A stretch of DNA of 64,000 nucleotides. Source: Candidatus Multivorans sp. Its GTDB lineage: Bacteria; Acidobacteriota; Thermoanaerobaculia; Multivoradales; Multivoraceae. The translations under genes were made by a program, and so were the position numbers. The notes under the pieces are model-generated. The model saw only the letters and a list, made by a program, of their open reading frames with translations, was not told the origin of the DNA and did no database searches. Position 1 is the first letter of the stretch. Every line of letters begins with the position of its first letter. Below are positions 45,116 to 54,551 of the stretch, piece by piece. The stretch covers positions 1,920,001-1,984,000 of the forward strand of contig OZ251997.1 of NCBI GenBank assembly GCA_965247095.1, read 5' to 3'.

Positions 45116-46645
45116 ATGCCACTAACAAGCCAGGAACTCCAATCCAAGCTGTGGCAGGCCGCGGACATCCTCCGTGGCCAGATCGACGCCGCCGACTACA
45201 AGAACTACATCTTCTCAGTGCTGTTCCTGAAACGGCTCGCAGACCGATTCGACGAGGAGGTGGGGGCCGCCATCTCGGCAGGCGTACCGCACGACGCAGC
45301 GTTGACCGACGCCGACGAGCATGAGTTCTTCGTCCCGGCGTCCGCACGCTGGGCGGCGCTCACCGCGGCCTCGATGAATCTCGGCGAGGCGCTCAACGTC
45401 GCCGGCCAAGAAATTGAGGATGCGAACACACCCAGGCTGGACGGCGTACTGACGAACACGAACTGGAACGACGAGTCCAAACTCGGCAGCCCGGCCAACC
45501 GCGAACGCATCATCCGCAGCCTGTTGAACCACTTCGCTGCTCTCGATCTGCGCGACGCAAACCTGCGAGACCCGGACGGTGGCGTCGACAACGTGCTGGG
45601 CGATGCCTACGAGTACTTGATCAATCAGTTCGCCGACGACGCCGGCAAGAAAGGCGGCGAGTTCTACACGCCGCGCCCGATCGTGCAACTGATCGTCGAA
45701 CTGCTCCAGCCGAAAGAGGGAATGCGGATCTGCGACCCCACGGCGGGTTCGGGCGGCATGCTCATCTTCACCGCGCAGTTCGTGCAGAAGAACGGTGGCG
45801 ACCGGCGGAACCTCGTGCTCCATGGGCAAGAGCGCAACCTGGGAACACTCGCCGCAGGCAAGCTGAACCTCCTGCTCCACGGTCTGTCCGCGGCCAGGCT
45901 GGAGGCCGGCGACGTGATCGCAGAGCCCGGCCTAGTCGACTCCAAGGGCCGCCTGCTCTCGTATGATCGCGTGGTCGCCAATCCTCCCTTCAGCCTCAAG
46001 AACTGGGGTCACGACTTCGCGCCAAACGACCCACACCGCCGCTTCAACCGCTTCAAAGCGATCCCGCCGCGAACGAGGGGTGACCTAGGCTTCCTGCTCC
46101 ACATGCTGGCGGTGACCAATGCGAAGGGCATGGTGGGCGTGGTGATGCCCCACGGCATCCTGTTTCGTGGCGGGGCCGAAGGGAAGATCCGCCAGGGCAT
46201 CGTCGAGGCGGACCTCTTCGAAGCGATCATCGGATTGGCACCCAACCTCTTCTTCGGCGCCTCCATACCCGTGTCCATCTGCGTCCTGAACAAGGCGAAG
46301 CCGCCGGGCCGCCGAGGCAAGGTCTTGTTCGTGGACGCGGCGCAAGAGGGCTGCTTCCGGCAAGGAAAGGGCCAGAACTTCCTGGATCCCGAGCACATCG
46401 ACAAGATCGCCAAGGCGTACCACGCCTTTTCGGACATCGAACGGTTCGCCCATGTCGCCGACTTGGCCGAGATTGAGGCCAACGACTTCAACCTGAACAT
46501 CAGCCGCTACGTCGACACGACGGAAGTGGAGGAAGTGTTGAGTGTCGAGGAAGCGCTCACGCAGTTGCGGCACGCGGAGCAAGAGCGCGAAGAAGCCGTG
46601 GCAACGATGGATGGGCTGCTGAGGGAGCTGGGCTATGACCGATGA
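45116..46645 (+). CDS. hsdM: Type I R-M m6A methyltransferase
   Basis: LWQAADILRG, GEFYTP, DPTAGSGGML, NPPF, PHGILFRG, FNLNISRY. Confidence 0.95.
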   Translation: MPLTSQELQSKLWQAADILRGQIDAADYKNYIFSVLFLKRLADRFDEEVGAAISAGVPHDAALTDADEHEFFVPASARWAALTAASMNLGEALNVAGQEIEDANTPRLDGVLTNTNWNDESKLGSPANRERIIRSLLNHFAALDLRDANLRDPDGGVDNVLGDAYEYLINQFADDAGKKGGEFYTPRPIVQLIVELLQPKEGMRICDPTAGSGGMLIFTAQFVQKNGGDRRNLVLHGQERNLGTLAAGKLNLLLHGLSAARLEAGDVIAEPGLVDSKGRLLSYDRVVANPPFSLKNWGHDFAPNDPHRRFNRFKAIPPRTRGDLGFLLHMLAVTNAKGMVGVVMPHGILFRGGAEGKIRQGIVEADLFEAIIGLAPNLFFGASIPVSICVLNKAKPPGRRGKVLFVDAAQEGCFRQGKGQNFLDPEHIDKIAKAYHAFSDIERFAHVADLAEIEANDFNLNISRYVDTTEVEEVLSVEEALTQLRHAEQEREEAVATMDGLLRELGYDR

Positions 46646-46690
46646 AGGGCAGCACCTAGGCGACGATCGGGCGATTCCCGAGGCGCGCGC

Positions 46691-47929
46691 ATGACGGAAC
46701 GAAGACCAGTCCCGGACGGCTGGAACCGGGTGCCGCTCAGTGCCGTTGCGACCGTAGTGATGGGCCAGTCGCCGCCCGGCAACACCGTGTCTGACCTCAG
46801 AGAAGCCACCCCTGAGGATGGTGGGCTGCCCTTCCTTCAAGGCAACGCTGAGTTCGGGCGCAGTTCCCCCGCTCCAACGAAGTGGTGCTACCGACCTGCC
46901 AAGGTGAGCGCCGCTGGGGACCTCCTGATCAGCGTGAGGGCACCTGTCGGCCATACGAATCGGGCTGACCAGCCACTCGCCATCGGCCGTGGCCTCGCCG
47001 CCGTTAGGTTCCTCCATGTGTCCCCGGATTTCGGATGGCATGCCGTGAATCGCGCGAAGAAAGCTCTCCAGCGGCTCGCGCAAGGCAGCACTTTCGGAGC
47101 TATCAACGGGAAAGAACTGCGTCAACTGACCTTTCCCCTCCCTCCCCTCCACGAACAACAAGCCATCGCTACGACGCTCAACGCCATCGATGAAGCGATC
47201 GGGCGAGCCGAGAACATCATCTCCGTCACTGAGAACCTGCTCGATGCCCTCCGCCAGGAACTCCTCACCCGCGGCCTCCCCGGCCGCCACACGGGGTGGC
47301 GAGAAGTACCGAAGCTCGGCACGATCCCCTGTTCTTGGAGAACCGCCAAGGTCGAGGATGTCGCCGAAATCGTGGGCGGAAGCACTCCGGCTAGAAGCAA
47401 GCCAGAGAATTGGGGTGGCGACATCCCATGGCTGACACCTTCGGAGATCTCTGAGAACACTGGAATGTACATTTCCCGTTCCCGCGAGAAACTCACGGCG
47501 GCCGGCCGTAGAACCGCCGGACTCTCACTCCTGCCCAAGGGATCCGTACTCCTCACGAGCCGGGCCACGATCGGGGCCACGGCTGTCGCGACGATGGCAA
47601 CCACAACGAACCAAGGCTTTCAGAACCTCGTACCGCGGGAACGCACAGACCCGCTGTGGCTCTACTACGAGATGACCCACAGCAAGCAGCGTCTGAAGGC
47701 ACTCGCTGCCGGCAGTACGTTTCGGGAAGTCTCCCGCAGAGCCGTCGCCACCCTCGACATTCCGTACCCTCCTTTGCAAGAGCAGAAAGCGATAGCCGGG
47801 GTCCTAAGTCGCGTCGACGGGGCGATCGAGCAGGCCGCGAATCAACTGCAAGCGATGGTCGGGCTGCGAACGGCGATGGCCGATGCACTGCTGACCGGCC
47901 GCCTTCGAGTCGTGAGCGCACGTGGCTAG
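46691..47929 (+). CDS. hsdS: Type I R-M specificity subunit (two TRDs)
   Basis: PDGW..., MGQSP, LPPLHEQQAI, GGSTP, YPPLQEQKAI, LLTGRLRV. Confidence 0.93.
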   Translation: MTERRPVPDGWNRVPLSAVATVVMGQSPPGNTVSDLREATPEDGGLPFLQGNAEFGRSSPAPTKWCYRPAKVSAAGDLLISVRAPVGHTNRADQPLAIGRGLAAVRFLHVSPDFGWHAVNRAKKALQRLAQGSTFGAINGKELRQLTFPLPPLHEQQAIATTLNAIDEAIGRAENIISVTENLLDALRQELLTRGLPGRHTGWREVPKLGTIPCSWRTAKVEDVAEIVGGSTPARSKPENWGGDIPWLTPSEISENTGMYISRSREKLTAAGRRTAGLSLLPKGSVLLTSRATIGATAVATMATTTNQGFQNLVPRERTDPLWLYYEMTHSKQRLKALAAGSTFREVSRRAVATLDIPYPPLQEQKAIAGVLSRVDGAIEQAANQLQAMVGLRTAMADALLTGRLRVVSARG

Positions 47930-48905
47930 GCCCACCCGATCCACGTCCATGGCAAAGTGTGCTGAGTCCGCCCTTCTTGCAGCGATCGACGTCTACAACA
48001 AGCCCTTGGCCGAGCACCGGGAGCAGACTCTCGCGTTGCTCCTCATCAACGCCTGGGAGGTCCTGCTCAAGGCCCGCGTACTGCAGCTCAACGACAACAA
48101 GCTGCCTTCAATCTACCAACGCCAGAAGGGGTCGCGTCGCTACCGGCGCACCCGGACGGGTGAACCCTGGACAATCGATATCTGGGATGCGCTCAATAGG
48201 GTCGCCGCGCCCCAGCCGATTCGCTCGAACCTTGACGGCCTGAACCTGGTCCGAAACCAAGCCGCGCACGAAGGCCTTCTAGCGAACCCACTAAAGCGGA
48301 GTGTTCTCGACTACGGGACGGCGGCTGTTCAGAACTTCGCCCACTACGCCGAGTCCTGGTTCGAACTCACTGTGCGAGTCCCCTACCTGCTTCCGATCGG
48401 CTTTCTCGGTGCCGCTGCGGCTGCGGGGCCGCCTCCGAACCAGAGCCAAAGACAGCTACTCAGAAATCTCAAAGAGATCGCATCGGACCATGGGGACCCA
48501 GATTCGCAGTACGCAGTCACCATTAGACTCAGGATCGAGCTGAATCCCGGATTCTCAGGCGGCGGCAGCATCGGCCCAACCACCGACCCCCTTGCCCCCA
48601 AAGTGCGGTTGTCGGACGATCAAGCGCTTGAGATATTCCCCGCCACCTACGGGCAAATCCTTGAGGAGTGCAGGACGCGTTACCCGCAGTTCAAGCAGAA
48701 CAGGCGCTTCAACCACGCGATGAAGGCGGTGAAGGAGGATCCTGAATGCGCCTACAAACGCAAACTTGATCCTCGACAAAAGGGCGGCACCGAACGGACA
48801 TTCTACAATTCATGCACGACCCTGGCGCGCCTCGACCGTGAGTATCGAACACACGCCGCGAAGACGGGACGAGCCGTACAGATGAACAAGGGGACGCCGC
48901 GGTGA
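47922..48905 (+). CDS. DUF3644-like protein with HEPN-type RxxxxH motif
   Basis: ALLAAIDVYNKP...LLINAWEVLLKA; VRNQAAH; overlaps the hsdS stop. Confidence 0.75.
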   Translation: MARPTRSTSMAKCAESALLAAIDVYNKPLAEHREQTLALLLINAWEVLLKARVLQLNDNKLPSIYQRQKGSRRYRRTRTGEPWTIDIWDALNRVAAPQPIRSNLDGLNLVRNQAAHEGLLANPLKRSVLDYGTAAVQNFAHYAESWFELTVRVPYLLPIGFLGAAAAAGPPPNQSQRQLLRNLKEIASDHGDPDSQYAVTIRLRIELNPGFSGGGSIGPTTDPLAPKVRLSDDQALEIFPATYGQILEECRTRYPQFKQNRRFNHAMKAVKEDPECAYKRKLDPRQKGGTERTFYNSCTTLARLDREYRTHAAKTGRAVQMNKGTPR

Positions 48906-49765
48906 CCACGAAGCGAATAGCCCTCACATTCGAGGGGCCCGACGTCAATGAACGCGGCGTTCCTCTGGACGACCTCCAAAGAGCGCTAGGGCACGTTCAA
49001 CGGGCGCTGGAACTCACCGTGCGGCACCTGGCGGGCCTCCACGAGGCCGATCCGCTGCCGGAGGCCCTCAAGGCCCAGTGCGAGCTCAGGGTGGTGGGCA
49101 TCTACCGAGGTTCTCTGACCGTGGAACTGGAACTGAAGTCGGAGGGGGCTCTGCCACCGGACTCCGACGACCTCGGCGCTCAAGCCCTCAATGCCGTCCT
49201 GAACTGGTGCAGTGGCGGAGCCCAGGGTGGCACGCGCCTGCAACCGGCCGCGGCCGCGGAGCTTGCCGCAGTCCGCGAGGACGTGTCGTCGAACCTGACC
49301 GCCGTGAAACTCGAGGGGATGTCGCTCCCTCCTTCTTCCGGTCCGAAGCGCCCCCTGCCGCCACGGACCGCAGAATCGAGACCGAACGGAGAGAAGCTCA
49401 AGGCACACCTGCATGGAACCCTCTCGGAGGTCGACTGGGGGCGCCGTACTGCCCGGCTTCGCCAACACGGCGGCACGCCCGTGCCACTCAGCTTTGGAGC
49501 GGACCTCGACGAGGACATGCTGCGGCTGGCAACGCAGTACGTTGAGGTAGAGGGCGAGGGTTGTATCGAGGCGGACGACGAACGGTGGACGAGCGTCGAC
49601 GTCAGGAGGATTACGGGGACGCGATCCTGCTTTGAACCCTTCGATCTCGGAGAGCTGGATGGGAGAGCAGGCTTCGTATTCGGGCGTGACGCGAGCGTCA
49701 CGGTGAGCGATCCCTACGACCACGATGAGTTCATGCTCGTCATCCGGGAAGCGCGGGGAGCGTAG
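48902..49765 (+). CDS. Hypothetical protein (possible OB-fold and acidic C-terminal tail), coupled to PIN gene
   Basis: GTGA overlap with the upstream gene; LHGTLSEVDW..TARL..YVEVEGEG; C-terminal DPYDHDEFMLVIREARG. Confidence 0.7.
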   Translation: MTTKRIALTFEGPDVNERGVPLDDLQRALGHVQRALELTVRHLAGLHEADPLPEALKAQCELRVVGIYRGSLTVELELKSEGALPPDSDDLGAQALNAVLNWCSGGAQGGTRLQPAAAAELAAVREDVSSNLTAVKLEGMSLPPSSGPKRPLPPRTAESRPNGEKLKAHLHGTLSEVDWGRRTARLRQHGGTPVPLSFGADLDEDMLRLATQYVEVEGEGCIEADDERWTSVDVRRITGTRSCFEPFDLGELDGRAGFVFGRDASVTVSDPYDHDEFMLVIREARGA

Positions 49766-50175
49766 TGGATGCCAAGGGCCAGACGAACGCCGTGCTCGAC
49801 ACCAGTGTCGTCTCCATACTGTTCGGCGACACCAGCAAATCTCCGCTCTACAGCAAGGAACTTGTTGGCCTTAGAGGGGTCATCTCGTTCCAGACGTTGG
49901 AAGAAGTGTGGTTCGGAGCGTTCTTGGCAGGCTGGGGAACGCGCCGAAGAGCCGAACTGGCGGCACACCTGAACCAGTACCTCGTGATCTGGCCCAATCC
50001 AGCCCTCGTTGATCGATGCGCTCGCCTCCGTACGGCGAGGCGCGCCGCCGGGAAGGAGCTGAGTACTGCTGACGCATGGATCGCCGCCACCGCCATCATG
50101 CTGGGGTGCCCATTGGCGTCGGACGACGGCGACTTCGACCGCATACCAGGGCTTGAAGTGATCCGGATCGAATGA
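49765..50175 (+). CDS. PIN domain (VapC-like) ribonuclease
   Basis: VLDTSVVS, TLEEV, ADAWIAATA, LASDDGDF. Confidence 0.9.
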   Translation: MDAKGQTNAVLDTSVVSILFGDTSKSPLYSKELVGLRGVISFQTLEEVWFGAFLAGWGTRRRAELAAHLNQYLVIWPNPALVDRCARLRTARRAAGKELSTADAWIAATAIMLGCPLASDDGDFDRIPGLEVIRIE

Positions 50176-53100
50176 CCCGCATCGACAACTTCAACGAGTT
50201 CACGCAAGCCGAAGACCCTGCCCGCAGGTTGCTTGAGCGGCTCGGTTGGACCTATGTGCCTCCGGATGCGCTGGCTCAGGAGCGCAGCGACTACGGGCAG
50301 GTACTACTGAAAGCGCGACTACAAGCCGCATTGAGGCGGTTGAACGAGTGGATGTCCGAGGATCAGGCGGCCCGCGTCATCTTCGAGCTGGAGCACATCG
50401 ATGCCGTCGGCATGGGGCGCAACCAGAGAGTCCATGAGTACTTGACCTACGGCATGCCGCTCAACGTCGACGGTTCGAGCGGGCAGCGCTCCCGTGTCGT
50501 ACGCTTCTTCGACTTCGACCGACCCGAAGGCGGCTTGAACGACTTCGTCGTCACAACTCAGTTCCGGGCCCACCGCGGCGTCAGACCCGGCGAGGCCGGA
50601 GCGGGGAAGCGGGTCGTCATACCGGATCTGGTGCTGTTCGTGAACGGCATCCCCGTGGTGGTCATGGAGGCGAAGTCACCGACGCTCTTTGGCGAGTGGA
50701 AGGCCAAGGCTGTGGACCAGCTTCGCCGCTACCAGGAGGCCGATCCGGAGTGGCGCGGAACGGGCGCCCCCGCGCTCTTCCACTACAACCTCCTCTGCGT
50801 CGCCCACTGCGGCGCCGCAGCGGCCTACGCGCCCCTCGGCGCACCCGAGAACGCCTACCGCGAATGGAAGTCCGTCCTGCCGTTCACCGAGGACGAGGTT
50901 CGGCATCGTTTCGGCTGCGAACCGTCCGGCCAGGCCCAACTCATCGTCGGGATCCTCAAGCCCGTGACCCTGCTCGACATCCTCCGCGACTACGTCGTCT
51001 ACGAACCGGAGCGCGGCCGGCTGGTCAAGAAACTGCCCCGCTACCAGCAGTTTCGCGCCGTCGGGGCGGCGCTGACGCGCATCGCGGAAGGCCGGCGGCC
51101 CGAACAGCGTGGCGGCGTCGTCTGGCACACACAGGGGTCGGGCAAGTCGCTGACCATGCTCTGGTTGGCGACCAAACTGCGTCGCGACGCGCGTTTGTCC
51201 AACCCGACCATCGCGATCGTGACCGATAGGCGGCAACTCGACCGCCAGATTGCGGGCACGTTCGAACGCTGTGGTTTCCCCGCACCGGAGCGCGCAGTCA
51301 ACACAGCGGACCTGCGCCGGCTGCTCACCGCCGGACCGGGGCGCACCGTGCTGAGCACGATCCAGAAATTCGAGGACGCATTGGAAGCCGCCGAAGGTGA
51401 ACTCGACGCGCTCGACTCGTCCGGGAACGTCATCGTCATGGTGGACGAGGCGCATCGGACCCAGTACGGAATCTTGGGGGCTCGATTGTCGAAGGCTCTT
51501 CCCAATGCGGCACTCATCGGCTTCACGGGCACGCCCATCGACAAGGGGTTCCGGCGCAGCACGATGCGGCGTTTCGGCGCCCTCATCGACTCCTACACGA
51601 TTCCCCAGTCGGTGGCCGACGGCGCCACGGTGCCGATCCTCTACGAGGCGCGGCTACCCGAGTTGGCCGTCGAGGGCGCGGGAACGCTCGACCGCCTCTT
51701 CGACGCCCTGTTCGGCGACGAGACTCAGGAGGCTCAGGTTCGGATACGCAGGCGCTACGCCAACAAGGAAACCGTGGCCACCGCGGATCGACGCATCGAG
51801 ATGGTCGCCCTAGACATCGCAGAACACTTCAAGGACAGAGTGCGGCCGAATGGCTTCAAGGCGCAGGTCGTGGCGCCGAGCCGGGCGGCTGCTCTGCGCT
51901 ACGCAAAGCACCTGAGCGGCTTCGGCGTAAGCGCCTACCCCATCATCACGACCGGACCGAACGACGGAGCCGAATTCCAGGCAGCACGCGAACTCGACCA
52001 GGAACAGATCACGAACGCCTTCGTCGACCCTGAGGGAGAACCGGAGATTCTTGCCGTGGTGGACATGCTCCTGACCGGCTTCGACGCGCCCGTCGAGCAG
52101 GTGCTCTATCTGGACCGCTCACTCCGTGAACACGGCCTGCTGCAGGCCATAGCCCGGGTGAACCGTCGATTCTCGCACGCGAAGAACGGCGTTCCCACCG
52201 AGAAGGAGTACGGCCTGGTCGTGGACTATCACGGCGTGTCGGGAAATCTGGAACAAGTCCTATCGACATTCGACTGGCAGGATGTTCAGCAAGCATTGGA
52301 GCAGATCGAGGACGATCCCGCGCCCTCCATCGACGCAGCCGCCGTCCAGGCTGAATCGCACTTCGAGGGCCGGAGCCTGAGCGACACGTGGGCCTGCGTC
52401 AGCGTGTTCGCGCCCGACGCCGAAACGGAAGGTAACTACAAGGCCGACCTGTTCGAGCGGTTCAACACGGACTACCGCCTGTTCTCACGGCTGATGGACC
52501 GCTTCCTACCTGATCCCCGGGCGCTCGACTACACCGACCGTCTCGCGCGCCTGACAGAGATTCGCGCCTACGTGCGCGCTCAGTTCCTTCGCGAGGATGC
52601 CGACGTGAACTGGACCGACATCGGCGCCAAGGTCAAGAAATTGATCGACGAGCGGATCAGCGCCGAAGTCCGACGGCTGATGAAGCCAGTCTCGATCCTC
52701 GACAGCGACTTTGATGAGAAGGTTGCATCCCTGCCCAACGAGGAAGCGCGCGCATCCTTGATGGAACACGCGATCCGGGCGCAACTGCACGAGCGGCTCC
52801 ACGACAATCCGGCCTACTTCGGGAAGCTCTCGGAGCAACTCGAGCTGATCATCGAAGACCTCCGCAACCGATTGATCGACTCGGCTGAGGCCAGCAAGCG
52901 ATTTGCCGAACTCAGGCAGCAGATTCGGAGCGAAACTGACATAGCAGGACATTACGGGCTCTCCCCCGTCTCCTTTGCCATCTATGAGTTGCTGGACGGC
53001 GACCCGGCGAACAATTCCGGAACAGGACATGGTCAGACCCTCCACGAAGCTCGGAGCGTCGTGCCCGACTGGCTGTCGCGGGACAAGACCAGTCCCCGAC

Positions 53101-53315
53101 TGGACCAGGAGATGAAGAGCGTCGCGTCGCTGCTCGACGCCGTCCTGAAAGCCCACACCACCGTTATCGACTGGCAATCCAACCTCGAAGTCCAGCGCGA
53201 AATGCGGCGAGACATCAAGCGGCAACTGCGGAAGACCGGGGCCCGCCCCGACGACCAACTCGACAAGCTGGCAAACCAGATCGTCGAAGTGGCGAGACGG
53301 CGGTACACGATGTGA
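50172..53315 (+). CDS. hsdR: Type I restriction endonuclease subunit R
   Basis: PDLVLFVNGIPVVVMEAK, WHTQGSGKS, DEAHR, FTGTP, MLLTGFDAP, QAIARVNR. Confidence 0.95.
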   Translation: MTRIDNFNEFTQAEDPARRLLERLGWTYVPPDALAQERSDYGQVLLKARLQAALRRLNEWMSEDQAARVIFELEHIDAVGMGRNQRVHEYLTYGMPLNVDGSSGQRSRVVRFFDFDRPEGGLNDFVVTTQFRAHRGVRPGEAGAGKRVVIPDLVLFVNGIPVVVMEAKSPTLFGEWKAKAVDQLRRYQEADPEWRGTGAPALFHYNLLCVAHCGAAAAYAPLGAPENAYREWKSVLPFTEDEVRHRFGCEPSGQAQLIVGILKPVTLLDILRDYVVYEPERGRLVKKLPRYQQFRAVGAALTRIAEGRRPEQRGGVVWHTQGSGKSLTMLWLATKLRRDARLSNPTIAIVTDRRQLDRQIAGTFERCGFPAPERAVNTADLRRLLTAGPGRTVLSTIQKFEDALEAAEGELDALDSSGNVIVMVDEAHRTQYGILGARLSKALPNAALIGFTGTPIDKGFRRSTMRRFGALIDSYTIPQSVADGATVPILYEARLPELAVEGAGTLDRLFDALFGDETQEAQVRIRRRYANKETVATADRRIEMVALDIAEHFKDRVRPNGFKAQVVAPSRAAALRYAKHLSGFGVSAYPIITTGPNDGAEFQAARELDQEQITNAFVDPEGEPEILAVVDMLLTGFDAPVEQVLYLDRSLREHGLLQAIARVNRRFSHAKNGVPTEKEYGLVVDYHGVSGNLEQVLSTFDWQDVQQALEQIEDDPAPSIDAAAVQAESHFEGRSLSDTWACVSVFAPDAETEGNYKADLFERFNTDYRLFSRLMDRFLPDPRALDYTDRLARLTEIRAYVRAQFLREDADVNWTDIGAKVKKLIDERISAEVRRLMKPVSILDSDFDEKVASLPNEEARASLMEHAIRAQLHERLHDNPAYFGKLSEQLELIIEDLRNRLIDSAEASKRFAELRQQIRSETDIAGHYGLSPVSFAIYELLDGDPANNSGTGHGQTLHEARSVVPDWLSRDKTSPRLDQEMKSVASLLDAVLKAHTTVIDWQSNLEVQREMRRDIKRQLRKTGARPDDQLDKLANQIVEVARRRYTM

Positions 53316-54040
53316 CCTCGCGCGACGAAGTCCGCTTCGGCGAGACCACGATCGAGTACCAGGTGCGGCGGAGCCAGCGCCGTCGGAAGACGGTCCAGAT
53401 CACAGTCGACGGCAACGGCGTGCATGTCACCGCCCCCGCAACTACGCCGGACCGCGAACTGCGCTCCATTGTCCGTAAACGAGCTGCCTGGATAGTCCGG
53501 CATGCTCACGGCGCACCCCTCTCCGTCCCCCAGAAGCGCTTCGTCAGCGGCGAGACGCTCCCCTACCTGGGCCGCAACGTCCGCATGGTCTTTGAGTCAG
53601 CGAAGACTCGGCGCGCCCTGCTCCGGTTCGACCACTGGCGCTTCCGCATCACAGTACCGGAAGGCCTATCCGACCAACAGCGCTATCAGCGAATCCGCCA
53701 CGTCGTCATCGATTGGTACCGCAACCGGGCTGCACAGCGCCTACCCGAAACCGTCGACCGCTGGTGGCCACAACTCGGACGCGGCGACCGCCCGCAGATA
53801 CTGATCCGGGACCAGCGCCGCCGCTGGGGAAGCTGCGCCGCCGACGGCACCCTGCGCTTCAACTGGCGGGCCATGATGCTGGAGCCTTCGCTCATCGACT
53901 ACATCGTGGTCCATGAGTTGGCCCACCTGACGATCAGGAATCACTCGGAGGCGTTCTGGGCATTGGTGTACGACGCGATGCCGGACTCACAGGTCCGGCG
54001 CCGGCGGCTTCGAGAGGCAGGGTGCTCGCTGCCCCTCTAG
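53312..54040 (+). CDS. M48/YgjP (DUF45) family zinc metallo-hydrolase
   Basis: RRWGSC, IDYIVVHELAHL, NHSEAFW; usual position after hsdR. Confidence 0.9.
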   Translation: MTSRDEVRFGETTIEYQVRRSQRRRKTVQITVDGNGVHVTAPATTPDRELRSIVRKRAAWIVRHAHGAPLSVPQKRFVSGETLPYLGRNVRMVFESAKTRRALLRFDHWRFRITVPEGLSDQQRYQRIRHVVIDWYRNRAAQRLPETVDRWWPQLGRGDRPQILIRDQRRRWGSCAADGTLRFNWRAMMLEPSLIDYIVVHELAHLTIRNHSEAFWALVYDAMPDSQVRRRRLREAGCSLPL

Positions 54041-54337
54041 CCATCATCGGGATATCGGCTTGTCCGCCTGCTCCGTTCGACACCCAGACTGACGTCAGCG
54101 GCCGGCGCGGTGGGTCGCAGCACGATTCGAGGACTCGGAACCGACTCCGACGCTCGCCCATCACTACACAACCTGTTGTGCCAGACCAACCTTAAAACCA
54201 CTACATGTTGACACCGCGGCAAACCTGGGACACCATTTGCGGCTCCCCGGCCCGCGAACGACGAACGACTCTCACTGACTCGTCCGATGCCGCTCGTAAA
54301 GGCTGAACTACAAGACGAGAACCAGGAGGAAACCACG

Positions 54338-54535
54338 ATGCCCAAGAAGACGAGCGGACTCAGACCCGGCCAGAAGGCCCCTGTTTCCGGTCAGTTCCAG
54401 AGGATCGGCCCCCGAGGCGGCAAGGGCCCAGAGGTCACTGCGGTCAAAGGCAAGCCGTTACCGCCCAACCCGAAGAGTGGCAGCACGTACACGCTCGCCG
54501 ACCCCACCAACAATGACTCGGGACGGCGAAGATGA
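54338..54535 (+). CDS. YjzC-like small protein
   Basis: AGGAGG RBS; RPGQKAPVSGQF..IGPRGG..EVTAVKGKPLPP. Confidence 0.75.
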   Translation: MPKKTSGLRPGQKAPVSGQFQRIGPRGGKGPEVTAVKGKPLPPNPKSGSTYTLADPTNNDSGRRR

Positions 54536-54551
54536 ACGGAGGAATACAGCC

